A DNA stretch of 64,000 nucleotides from Candidatus Woesearchaeota archaeon (GTDB lineage: Archaea; Nanobdellota; Nanobdellia; Woesearchaeales; JAZDKJ01), in assembly GCA_043803105.1 (NCBI GenBank), contig JAZDKJ010000006.1, positions 468,671 to 532,670 of the forward strand. The letters run 5' to 3'. A model generated the notes under the pieces. The model had not been told where the DNA came from. It did not search any database and saw only the letters and a list, made by a program, of their open reading frames with translations. The translations under genes were made by a program, and so were the position numbers. Positions 44,980 to 53,192 of the stretch are shown in pieces (the stretch's first letter is position 1; each line of letters starts with the position of its first letter).

Positions 44980-45816
44980 TCAAGAATCCTCATTCTCAGT
45001 GTCATCATCTTCATACAAGTCTTGCTTATCTTTCCCGGCCTTACTATCAATCGGCTTGCTTGTTGAACCTGTGGTATCTGTATCCTGGCTTGAGTTCAGT
45101 TGGTCCAGAGTCTCAAGAACAAAGTCAAGCTTAGAATCAATCTCAGCAGTCTTTATTGTAGCTGAATCAGTAGCAGTCTTCAATGACTGAACCTTGGATT
45201 GTAAAACAGACAGTTGTTCTTGCAGCTTATGAATGTCTGACAGGTCTTCTTTACTCATCGGGAACTCTGTATCATGCCGGACTTCAAACAATGCCTTCAA
45301 GAAAGATTCCTTAGAAGCCTTCTGCAATACCACAGCATCAAGCGCCAGGTTAAGCTTAGATAATAACGGCTTGTCAACACTCAAGCATCTGAGCTTGTCA
45401 CGGACTACGACACTGTGAAGGCAGAGGTCAGGGGTGTTGCGTGTATAAATTTCCAGGTCATCCATTACCTGAATGTTCTTAGTGCCAGGTGGAACCTTGT
45501 TGACTTTCTTATACATCGCTGCAATACTGCCTTCCACTTTCTCCTGGGCATCCTTCTTTAGATGTTCAACCTTCTGCAAAGCTTCAGTCTCAACAGCCTT
45601 GACTCTAGGCTCTATTGCTTTCAAGGCTTGAGCTGCAGCATCCTTTGATAGGTTGGTCAAGGTCCGGTCTTGTTGCTGGAGATCAACCTTCAAGTTGTAG
45701 ATGGCATCAGCACATCCTTTTCTCAAGCTGTCAATACTCTTCTCTGTTGCTAACATTCTTTGGCTCAAGGTCTGCATCCCAAGGTCCAAGTCTTCCATCT
45801 TAGTTTTACCAAACAT
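44980..45816 (-). CDS. Coiled-coil protein with acidic C-terminal tail
   Basis: Start taken at ATG 45816, just after the upstream stop. C-terminus DLYEDDDTENEDS. Confidence 0.45.
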   Translation of the reverse strand: MFGKTKMEDLDLGMQTLSQRMLATEKSIDSLRKGCADAIYNLKVDLQQQDRTLTNLSKDAAAQALKAIEPRVKAVETEALQKVEHLKKDAQEKVEGSIAAMYKKVNKVPPGTKNIQVMDDLEIYTRNTPDLCLHSVVVRDKLRCLSVDKPLLSKLNLALDAVVLQKASKESFLKALFEVRHDTEFPMSKEDLSDIHKLQEQLSVLQSKVQSLKTATDSATIKTAEIDSKLDFVLETLDQLNSSQDTDTTGSTSKPIDSKAGKDKQDLYEDDDTENEDS

Positions 45817-45817
45817 T

Positions 45818-46033
45818 TCAATCGCCTCCTGGTGCTCCACGTTGAAAAGGAACAATGACTGGCTTGACCTTCTTGTCACATCTGGGACAGAACCATAAGC
45901 CGTCCTTAGTACCGACATAATCGTCTCGAATATAATCTGACCTCAGAAAGAAACCACAAGTCGGACAACTAACTGAGACTTTAACAAAAATGTTATTGTG
46001 TGTTTCTTTATAGTACATAGTCTTGCACCTCAC
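45818..46033 (-). CDS. Zinc-ribbon protein
   Basis: CPTCGFF...CPRCDKK. Confidence 0.5.
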   Translation of the reverse strand: MRCKTMYYKETHNNIFVKVSVSCPTCGFFLRSDYIRDDYVGTKDGLWFCPRCDKKVKPVIVPFQRGAPGGD

Positions 46034-46248
46034 TTCTTAACAGCACTTGGGCTGTCACCACTCCCTAACTTTATTGCAGCCCAAAAACAAACAACACAAA
46101 CAACTACGCTGCCTAAGAAGAGTTGAAAGAAAATATGCCACAAATCGCCGAAAAAGACTGAAGCAATCGCAACAATCAAACTGCCAAAGGCAACTACCCA
46201 CAACAAGGTCCTACCGGTGTTAGATTCGCTAGGCTTACTTGGGTTCAT
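46030..46248 (-). CDS. Small two-TM membrane protein
   Basis: LLWVVAFGSLIVAIASVFF and FLGSVVVCVVCFWAAI. Confidence 0.45.
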   Translation of the reverse strand: MNPSKPSESNTGRTLLWVVAFGSLIVAIASVFFGDLWHIFFQLFLGSVVVCVVCFWAAIKLGSGDSPSAVKK

Positions 46249-46378
46249 TGTCCTTGACCTCTTCTTCTGTGGGCTTCATGCTCTCAGCCTCTTCCAAAAT
46301 GCTGACTCCTTTCTTTGAGCGCTTCCAAAACTTCCCTTGCACCTTTGCCTTGATGTCTTGCCATAGTCTCATAGTCAA

Positions 46379-46618
46379 TCACCTTTGTTGATTGTTAAAT
46401 TCCAGTACTTCGTTGTTAGCCTTCAAGTTCTGCCTGACAATAAAGTCCAAAAGCCTCTTCCGAGTCACATTACATTTACAACAAACGTGAAAGAAGATGA
46501 TTCCCTGACTTGACTCTTCCAGCCGGTAGGTCATGCCTTCCTGCTTCGGACAAGAAGGTTTGCCACAAAAAACACAGTAACAAAAGTTTTGAGAGCAAGA
46601 CATCAGACAACACCCCAC
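46379..46618 (-). CDS. Cys-rich zinc-finger-like protein
   Basis: CSQNFCYCVFCGKPSCP...HVCCKCNV. Confidence 0.45.
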   Translation of the reverse strand: MGCCLMSCSQNFCYCVFCGKPSCPKQEGMTYRLEESSQGIIFFHVCCKCNVTRKRLLDFIVRQNLKANNEVLEFNNQQR

Positions 46619-49011
46619 TTATCAAAAGAACCCTTATTGAACACAACCCCTAAAGTGCGCATCCGTTCAAGACGTTCAACAATCAGCTTCTCATCACAAC
46701 CTCTAGACTTGGCAAACATTATAATGGCCTGAGTTAGAACGCCATCACCCTTGTCCCTCTCCTTAATAAAAGTCTTAACATCCTGGTCTGTAATCTCAGA
46801 GATAAGCCCTAGGCGTTTCTTGATTCTGTCATCAAAAATAATTCCCATGATTGGATACTTGTAATTGGGAAGCCGGACATTAAGGATGGTATCTCCTTCA
46901 ATAAAACCCAAGTCTAACAGCAACGCATGGAAGCGAGAGGAGCCAATGGTCATAATATTCAGGCTCTTCAAGAACATAATGTACTCCTCATACATTTTGT
47001 TTTTGGGGTAAGCAAAAGCTCCAGGGTGAATCCCATCAAGACCCTTCTTAAATTCACCCTGGTCTGAATGGTTCTCATAAACGTCAACAAGCTTGCGCTG
47101 CAAAGCTTCCAAGTAATAATCACTGCTAACAGATTCGTTTGCTTGCTTTGCAACCATCAAAGAATTAAGCTGAGACAGTCGGATGCCAACCAACTTGGAA
47201 ACACACAAGGCAGTATAGGCCATCTCATTATTTCGGCCTGCCAACTTTCTAAGGAGATTTATGTCATCTTCTGGAAATTGGCTCGTAAGCTTGTCAAATA
47301 ATGCTTGACGTTGGTCCATGGGGGTACCCCTACAGCTCACTACACCACTACAGGTTACTACAGGCAGCCATGCTTGTTTTTCCTCAAAAACACGCTGAAG
47401 ATTCTCTAAAGCCCAAAACCACATCTCATCTGCCAAAGGCTTAATGATTTGGTGCTTAACAGTGTTAATCACCGGCAAACGCGAGTCTGTAGTAACACTA
47501 GCATGAATAAAAAAAGTTCTCTGATTCAAAGCATCTTCTGTCAAGCTCCTGATGCTATAGCCATGAGGTCCAGCCACATCGTAAGCCTTTGGAGTGTGAT
47601 TCTTACCTTCGCAACGCACATAAGGATTGCCACGCCTCTGACCTTTACGCAAAATTGAGACTACCTCTTGCTCCCCATGCTCTCCTATCTTCTGGTCCAA
47701 CTCATCCACTAGCAAGCTCAAAGAATGGTCTTCGCACATCCTGGCCAAAGCAGCCGCGCTCACATCACCACCCATAAAACCATGATAAGCCAAAAACGAA
47801 AGGATCTCCAAGAGGGTAGTCTTACCACTTCCCCTTGTTGCATCCACACCAAGATAAAAAAAAGAATCCAAGACAGGAGCAATATACGTCTGACCAACAT
47901 ACAACTGACACATAGACAAATCCTGAACATCATTAAAATCATAAAGAAGAGAGATAACTCTAGCCACATCTTCCAAAATCGCGGACAAAGGTCTGATGGT
48001 CAATTTTCCATCAAGCCACTCCTGCACCCTTTCCATAGAAGGCACATTATACGGAGCTTTCTGAGGAGCATGAGAAAATAGATATTTCTGACCCTCCCAC
48101 TCAAAAAAATGATTTACAAACTTACTCTCCTCATCCTTCTCAGACTTAACCAAAAAAAGACACTTCTTGCCACCAATGACACCAGCAAACATGCGCGGAC
48201 TAACTTGACCAACACAAAGCTGAGACGTCGGGTCGAAATAACCCCAGCTCTTTATATTGTAGTGAGATGTAGTAATGTAGTGACTTGTAGTAGTAGTTGG
48301 ATGGACAATACTCTCGTTTTTGCTTTGAGCTTTTGAATATGTCTTTTCGCGGTAGGCAGGTGGCGCGCTTGCCCACTTGGCAAAAGCCTGCATAGCTTCA
48401 AACACTTCTTCTTTGGTCTTGCCTGCTTTGATCAGCTTGCAGACTTCGGCGAACTCTCTGCCTGAACGGCTTTTGTCTGCGGACTTTGGCTCTTCCTGAT
48501 TCGCTTCTGTTGAGGTTGCATCATCCTTTATGTATGGCTTAATCAGGTTTTTAAGATACTCCTCACTGTATTCCATGATGAAGGCACCATTAACAACCTC
48601 GTAAGTCTTTCCCTTCGCTTCTGGTCTTTTTGGGTCATCATAAGAAGAGCCAGGACCTACAACCTGATAATTATTAGCCCTCAGTTCACCTACACCTGGC
48701 AAAACATGGTTTTTGCTGTACGGACAAATGAAATAGAAATGTCTGCCTTGGCTGCCAGGACTTTTGACTGTGAATGTTTCAAGCTGGAATTTGTCAAGCA
48801 CTTCCAGATGGTCCACATCAAGGATTCTTAGATTACCATAGCCACCAATAACTCCGTAATTGCCACCAGCAGCTATCCATTCAACTAATTTTTTGTCATC
48901 ATACCTGTACCCCTTCTTTTGCCATTCGGATTCAAAAGGTCTTTTGCCCTTGAGGAGAACAAATCTGAACTCTGGCTTTTGGAGTTGTGTAGGGATGTTC
49001 ATTGCTGGCAC
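46603..49011 (-). CDS. Replication protein: prim-pol (AEP) domain fused to a P-loop helicase-like domain
   Basis: N-terminal bifunctional primase-polymerase pattern (GNYGVIGGYGNLRILDVDH, SPGSQGRHFYF). Central Walker A GVDATRGSGKTTLLE and Walker B-like LLVDELD. Confidence 0.85.
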   Translation of the reverse strand: MPAMNIPTQLQKPEFRFVLLKGKRPFESEWQKKGYRYDDKKLVEWIAAGGNYGVIGGYGNLRILDVDHLEVLDKFQLETFTVKSPGSQGRHFYFICPYSKNHVLPGVGELRANNYQVVGPGSSYDDPKRPEAKGKTYEVVNGAFIMEYSEEYLKNLIKPYIKDDATSTEANQEEPKSADKSRSGREFAEVCKLIKAGKTKEEVFEAMQAFAKWASAPPAYREKTYSKAQSKNESIVHPTTTTSHYITTSHYNIKSWGYFDPTSQLCVGQVSPRMFAGVIGGKKCLFLVKSEKDEESKFVNHFFEWEGQKYLFSHAPQKAPYNVPSMERVQEWLDGKLTIRPLSAILEDVARVISLLYDFNDVQDLSMCQLYVGQTYIAPVLDSFFYLGVDATRGSGKTTLLEILSFLAYHGFMGGDVSAAALARMCEDHSLSLLVDELDQKIGEHGEQEVVSILRKGQRRGNPYVRCEGKNHTPKAYDVAGPHGYSIRSLTEDALNQRTFFIHASVTTDSRLPVINTVKHQIIKPLADEMWFWALENLQRVFEEKQAWLPVVTCSGVVSCRGTPMDQRQALFDKLTSQFPEDDINLLRKLAGRNNEMAYTALCVSKLVGIRLSQLNSLMVAKQANESVSSDYYLEALQRKLVDVYENHSDQGEFKKGLDGIHPGAFAYPKNKMYEEYIMFLKSLNIMTIGSSRFHALLLDLGFIEGDTILNVRLPNYKYPIMGIIFDDRIKKRLGLISEITDQDVKTFIKERDKGDGVLTQAIIMFAKSRGCDEKLIVERLERMRTLGVVFNKGSFDKWGVV

Positions 49012-49208
49012 CCGATCTTTTGCATTTTGCCTTGGTCAATTTTATATTCCTGATCATCGACTAAGAATGAGACTTGGCAACTTCCATCATTCCATAAAAT
49101 TAATTTGATAGTGAAGGCGCGTTTATACTTAACAGCTAATTCTGCCTGTAATTGCCGTAGTGCAATATTGAGGCAAAAAGGCACGAAGAGGGGATTTGTA
49201 TCATTCAT
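48999..49208 (-). CDS. Hypothetical small protein
   Basis: Track ORF overlapping both neighbours. Confidence 0.35.
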   Translation of the reverse strand: MNDTNPLFVPFCLNIALRQLQAELAVKYKRAFTIKLILWNDGSCQVSFLVDDQEYKIDQGKMQKIGCQQ

Positions 49209-49402
49209 TTTTTCCCCTCTGGCGCGCTCAAATCTGTGATTTTTACTATCGCCCTTTTGCCAATAATAATATAATGCTCTTCGCCATCGATAGGCTGGAC
49301 AGTCATGGTAAAATCGTCATCTTCGATGATAACGCCTCTTAGAACTTTTGTGACTCCTTGGTCCTCGAAGACAATCTTTTTCAATCCTTCATCCCATTTC
49401 AT
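49205..49402 (-). CDS. Hypothetical small protein
   Basis: Track ORF, beta-rich sequence. Confidence 0.35.
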   Translation of the reverse strand: MKWDEGLKKIVFEDQGVTKVLRGVIIEDDDFTMTVQPIDGEEHYIIIGKRAIVKITDLSAPEGKK

Positions 49403-49457
49403 TCATTAAACCTCAGTTTCCCGACGCCTGCAAACGCGCCTGGATAGCCCTTCTTAA

Positions 49458-49589
49458 TTACTTCACACGATTTCGGCTGTGGGTCTGCTCCCAATAGGCT
49501 TTCCTACAGCTTTCATCACAAAACTTGCTGTTTGTGCGCTTCCATGCCGGAATAGCCTTCTCACAGTGAACGCAATGGCCATCATTCAT
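49458..49589 (-). CDS. Small zinc-binding protein, 43 aa
   Basis: Below the track threshold. MNDGHCVHCEKAIPAWKRTNSKFCDESCRKAYWEQTHSRNRVK (CxxC...CxxxC). Overlaps the upstream small ORF by 8 nt. Confidence 0.35.
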   Translation of the reverse strand: MNDGHCVHCEKAIPAWKRTNSKFCDESCRKAYWEQTHSRNRVK

Positions 49590-49713
49590 GCTTGGCCTTA
49601 TCCTTGCGGAGTATCTTCAAAGCCTCGTCAATATCTTTGGCTCCGAGTTCTCGCACAATGTCTTCTGCCATTCTGGTAATCTTTTGCTGAAAGTCTAAGT
49701 TGGAAGCAGTCAT
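49582..49713 (-). CDS. Small hypothetical protein, 43 aa
   Basis: Below the track threshold. MTASNLDFQQKITRMAEDIVRELGAKDIDEALKILRKDKAKHE. Confidence 0.3.
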   Translation of the reverse strand: MTASNLDFQQKITRMAEDIVRELGAKDIDEALKILRKDKAKHE

Positions 49714-49723
49714 AGTGTCTTTC

Positions 49724-49867
49724 TCATATTGCCTTGATTTTTTCCATAGCAGCAAGCCTTACGAAGCTACTTTTGCTGAGTTGTAGGCTTTGTGCTGCTT
49801 TTTCTATTGCCTGCATGAATTCCTCATTGACTTCCATAGTGAAAATCTTCTTATCTTTTCTTGGCAT
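49724..49867 (-). CDS. Ribbon-helix-helix (CopG/Arc-like) protein
   Basis: MPRKDKKIFTMEVNEEFMQAIEKAAQSLQLSKSSFVRLAAMEKI. The track ORF start at 49948 is an upstream extension. Confidence 0.5.
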   Translation of the reverse strand: MPRKDKKIFTMEVNEEFMQAIEKAAQSLQLSKSSFVRLAAMEKIKAI

Positions 49868-49921
49868 ACTAGAGTAGTATACAGTAAAATTTATATAGTA
49901 TTCGTACATATTGTACCTAAA

Positions 49922-51289
49922 ATGCCAAGAAAAATTACAATTGAACAAGTGAATAATAAGATAGCAAAGTTGATTGCCAAACGAGAAATGTTAGAAAGGA
50001 AAGAAGATAAAGAAACTTATGATATTGATTTTACAAGCACCAAACAGCAATATCCAATATATCAACAACTTAAGCATGGGTATAGGGGTGACATTGGTAG
50101 GCTACTCTATTACCATATGTTGAATCCGAAATCACGTGCTGATAAATTTGTTAAGGATAAGAAAAAATTGAGTCCTAACTCTGACCCAAAAAAGGCCCAA
50201 AACTTGGCTGCCAAAATTAGAGTTTATACATTAACACTTGAAAATGATTACAGATTAATCTCGAGGACAGGCACAAGGGGAAAAATTGTTCAAGTGAACT
50301 ATCAACGAATCCTAGAAGAGCTCTTTGAGAAGCTTGCACTTTCAAGGCGCAAAAATAAGGAAAATGGAGAACATAACAAAGTAGTTCTTACGTTTATGGA
50401 ATATCTCATCGACCGATATGGCGCAGAACCTTTCTTAATTCAATTTAGCACAAAACAAAAGCGAGCAAAGCTAAAACACCTTTTCAGCACAATGAGGGGA
50501 GAAGTGGATGACGACGAATCTCAAGAAGCGAAGGGAAGAGAACAAGAAATAAAAATTCTCCGTTTTCATGTAGTCTCAGAATTATTGGAAAACTATTACA
50601 AGAGTATCCAGATAGCAAGACAAATTCACGATGGATTCTTCCGATTTGACAGTCCACAATTAATAGATACTATGGGTGCTGAACTAGAAATGTTTGACAA
50701 AGACTTAGATATTTTTTATCATTATTTTGTAGCCAAAGGAAAAAGGGACCTTGGTCAGGCTATTATGCGAAAACTTACTTTTGGTCCAAAAGGTGAGAGG
50801 AAACATTTGGACTTGTTGGAGGTTTTTCAAAAGTGGGAGTTCTCTTGTAAGGGTTTCCTTCAGAATTTATCGAATAACAATGAGAGAGTTCTATTTCTGC
50901 TTTCAGTATTTCCCTTCCCAATACCTTTTTATGATATTAGAACAAAGGATGTTTATTGTGTTGACCCAACCAAGGAAGAAGTTGAATCCTGCCAAAAGGT
51001 CTTTTCTAAATTATTTGAGAGATTCTTCGACTTTTACAAGTTACGAAAAATTAACCAGTCAGACTATAAGAAAGATTATATGATTGAAGAAAATCATTTT
51101 AAGTTGCTCCAAAAAGAGTTCAACTTTCTGCGCATCAGAAGGCAGTCGCTTCTAAAACAAAATAAATATCTAGAGTTGTTGTTCTTAAACCATGATGTTG
51201 TGGATAAGCTTTTGTTGAAGATAAAAACTGAGACGGAAGATTACCTGGAGCATGTTGAGGACATAGCTACAGTGTATAAAACAAAATGA
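49922..51289 (+). CDS. Hypothetical 455 aa protein, AT-rich cargo gene of the element
   Basis: ATG 49922 is preceded by the palindrome GTACATATTGTAC. No motif recognised. Visibly lower GC than the rest of the element. Confidence 0.5.
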   Translation: MPRKITIEQVNNKIAKLIAKREMLERKEDKETYDIDFTSTKQQYPIYQQLKHGYRGDIGRLLYYHMLNPKSRADKFVKDKKKLSPNSDPKKAQNLAAKIRVYTLTLENDYRLISRTGTRGKIVQVNYQRILEELFEKLALSRRKNKENGEHNKVVLTFMEYLIDRYGAEPFLIQFSTKQKRAKLKHLFSTMRGEVDDDESQEAKGREQEIKILRFHVVSELLENYYKSIQIARQIHDGFFRFDSPQLIDTMGAELEMFDKDLDIFYHYFVAKGKRDLGQAIMRKLTFGPKGERKHLDLLEVFQKWEFSCKGFLQNLSNNNERVLFLLSVFPFPIPFYDIRTKDVYCVDPTKEEVESCQKVFSKLFERFFDFYKLRKINQSDYKKDYMIEENHFKLLQKEFNFLRIRRQSLLKQNKYLELLFLNHDVVDKLLLKIKTETEDYLEHVEDIATVYKTK

Positions 51290-51290
51290 A

Positions 51291-52586
51291 CTAGAATTTG
51301 ATTCCTTTTGCCCTGAATACCAATTCTATCTTTTTCTGGAAGTCGCTGAAATCCCCTTGCATCTGGTCTATCTTCTGCTGTTGCAGCTTGCTTTCTTCTT
51401 CCTTGGCCTTGATCTCCGCCTCAATTACTTGGTGGTCAAGTGGCCTTTTGCACTTGTCACAAATGCTCTCAGCTAACCCATTCAAAGCCCCACAGAACAC
51501 ACAAGGTTTGGTTGTTGGCTCAAACTCTTTGTGGTTCGCATCTGCTTTGATTATTCCGCGCTTTATGAGGTCTATCTTGAAGCTTTCTTCTTGCGTTGAT
51601 AGGTCGTAGGTTTTTAGTTGTTTTGTGCTGGTCCATCTTGCTGTGTGCTGTATGTCTAGGTCGCTTGCGCCTCTGAGTCGCATGATGGTCACTCCGTTGC
51701 GCTTGAGGGAGTACAGGGTTATGGGTTTTTTGATTCCGAGTTGCTTGCATCTTTCTCTGATGAGTTTGTTGGCTGCTGTAGGAGTCATTTGGCAGTGCCT
51801 GTTGGTTCTGCCTGTGTTCACGAATAGGTAAGCGTTCTTGTCTTTTCTGTTAGGGTGCTCATTAATCCATTTGGCAAGGTAGAAGTAGCTGTCAATGATT
51901 CTTAGAAAGCCTGTGCCTTCTTTTCCGTGTTCTGTAACCCATAGCTTTGCATAGTTCTCGTGGAGCTCAACATCTTTTATCTTTCGGCCTAGTAATTCTT
52001 GAGGTCTGCCAAGGCTCTCAAGCATCACAGTCAGTAGGCACTGCATCCTTGAGTCATCCGCGAAAGCTTGAACTAACTGCTCGAATTCGTCTAGCTCGAA
52101 TTTGTCTCCGCGCAGTTTCTCTTTTGATTTGTCGATTTTGCCGTTAAGGTGTCGGACCACGTAAGGCGTTATTGTGTCATCGATTCTGCCTCTCTCATCT
52201 TTTTCGGGGAAAAGTTGTTTCCAGAGAAATTTGAGGTCCAGGCTAAAATCTCTTTTCGACTTCATGCTTTTGTTGACTGTGTGCGCAAAGGTCATTACTT
52301 TATCAATGTCTTTTCTGTCGTCAATGCTTGCAAGGTCTTTGTCTGTTACATGGCATACTATCAAGAAGGTTCTGAATAGTCGTAAGCGTCTGATAAAGCT
52401 GATGTCTCTGGCTGAGAATATTTTAGCTAGTTCGAGAAAGTGCTTTTTGTTTTCTTTGTTTTTTATCCAGTACTTGCGTCTTACTTCGTCACGATTTGAG
52501 AAGTCTGGTTTTCTGCAATAGATGTCTAGTTTAGAAAGGAATGTCTCGTATCGTTTTTGGTTGTTGTAGATGTCGTTATCGGCCAT
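51291..52586 (-). CDS. Tyrosine integrase with C-terminal zinc ribbon and coiled coil
   Basis: MLESLGRPQELLG (Arg), LYSLKRNGVT, DIQHTARWTSTKQLKTY (His...Tyr), CVFCGALNGLAESICDKCKRPL. Adjacent to the tRNA 3' end. Confidence 0.8.
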   Translation of the reverse strand: MADNDIYNNQKRYETFLSKLDIYCRKPDFSNRDEVRRKYWIKNKENKKHFLELAKIFSARDISFIRRLRLFRTFLIVCHVTDKDLASIDDRKDIDKVMTFAHTVNKSMKSKRDFSLDLKFLWKQLFPEKDERGRIDDTITPYVVRHLNGKIDKSKEKLRGDKFELDEFEQLVQAFADDSRMQCLLTVMLESLGRPQELLGRKIKDVELHENYAKLWVTEHGKEGTGFLRIIDSYFYLAKWINEHPNRKDKNAYLFVNTGRTNRHCQMTPTAANKLIRERCKQLGIKKPITLYSLKRNGVTIMRLRGASDLDIQHTARWTSTKQLKTYDLSTQEESFKIDLIKRGIIKADANHKEFEPTTKPCVFCGALNGLAESICDKCKRPLDHQVIEAEIKAKEEESKLQQQKIDQMQGDFSDFQKKIELVFRAKGIKF

Positions 52587-52659
52587 ATTCTGTTTGCTCG
52601 TCGATAACTAGCATAAGAATTACAAGTATATAAATGTTTCGCATTAAACCATAAGGATA

Positions 52660-52671
52660 ATGCGAGGGGAG
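52660..52671. repeat. att-like direct repeat, tRNA-proximal copy
   Basis: ATGCGAGGGGAG is the complement of CTCCCCTCGCAT, the acceptor 3' strand and discriminator of tRNA-Leu. Confidence 0.6.
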
Positions 52672-52942
52672 GGATTTTCGATGCTGTTAGGAACGTCTTT
52701 TGGCATTAGCCAAAAGTTTTTCCCAGGTTCGCTTACCGAACTTAAGGTTCGGTGGCGTGCCAGAAAACCTTTGGTTTTCTGAGCATTTTCCTATTGAAAA
52801 AAGCTGTTTCGAACCCTCGGACCCACTAAGGGACAGGATATCATAGATCATTCCCTTAAGTCCTGCGCATTTGGTCTGAACCGCAGGTTCTGACGCTTTG
52901 AAAACCTATGGTTTTCATTTGACCAGGCTCTGCCACCCTCGC
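52661..52942 (-). tRNA. tRNA-Leu(UAA), class II, with three putative introns
   Basis: Hand-folded. Acceptor GCGAGGG/CCCUCGC plus A73, D-stem GCA/UGC, anticodon stem CAGGA/UCCUG, loop CUUAAGA. Variable arm UCCCUUAGUGGGUCC, T-arm GAGGG-UUCGAAU-CCCUC. 86 nt remain after removing ~48, 15 and ~133 nt insertions. Confidence 0.65.
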
Positions 52943-52967
52943 ACTGTTGATTCAAGGCCACGGTTTG

Positions 52968-52975
52968 TTTAAAAA
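52968..52975 (-). promoter_or_regulatory. TATA box for tRNA-Leu
   Basis: TTTTTAAA on the minus strand, 25 nt upstream of G1. Confidence 0.5.
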
Positions 52976-53192
52976 GTTTGTCCTTTCCAATGCAGTCAAC
53001 ATCTTGTATCATTAGGGAGCGGTAATAAAAGGCCAACCCTTTACTAAGTTTCCACCCAGGACATTTAGGGTAAGGGCCAACCTTGAGCATGGCTTACGCA
53101 GGAGATAAGCCGGCTTTATTTCTTCTTTTTCTTCTAAACCGAAAGGTTTATATACGCTTGCCAAAACTGTAACTCCAACTTGGTGATAACAA

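Larger units (their letters stand above)
41315..52671. mobile_element. Integrated plasmid/provirus-like element (~11.3 kb) inserted at the 3' end of tRNA-Leu(UAA)
   Basis: Identical 12-mer ATGCGAGGGGAG at 41315-41326 and 52660-52671; the right copy is the tRNA acceptor 3' strand. Integrase gene abuts the tRNA. Cargo of small genes, prim-pol/helicase and a second recombinase. 10-bp inverted repeat GTTTAATGCG (41342-41351) / CGCATTAAAC (52640-52649) lies just inside both ends. Confidence 0.65.

Noticed and set aside
52680-53110. A highly structured non-coding region that I first suspected to be RNase P RNA or SRP RNA.
   Set aside because: I found no GAGGAAAGUCC-type CR-I or SRP helix-8 motifs on either strand. 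Most of the structure is explained by the intron-containing tRNA-Leu. The 52,943-53,192 remainder has only a short imperfect repeat (GGCCAACC twice) and a weak hairpin.
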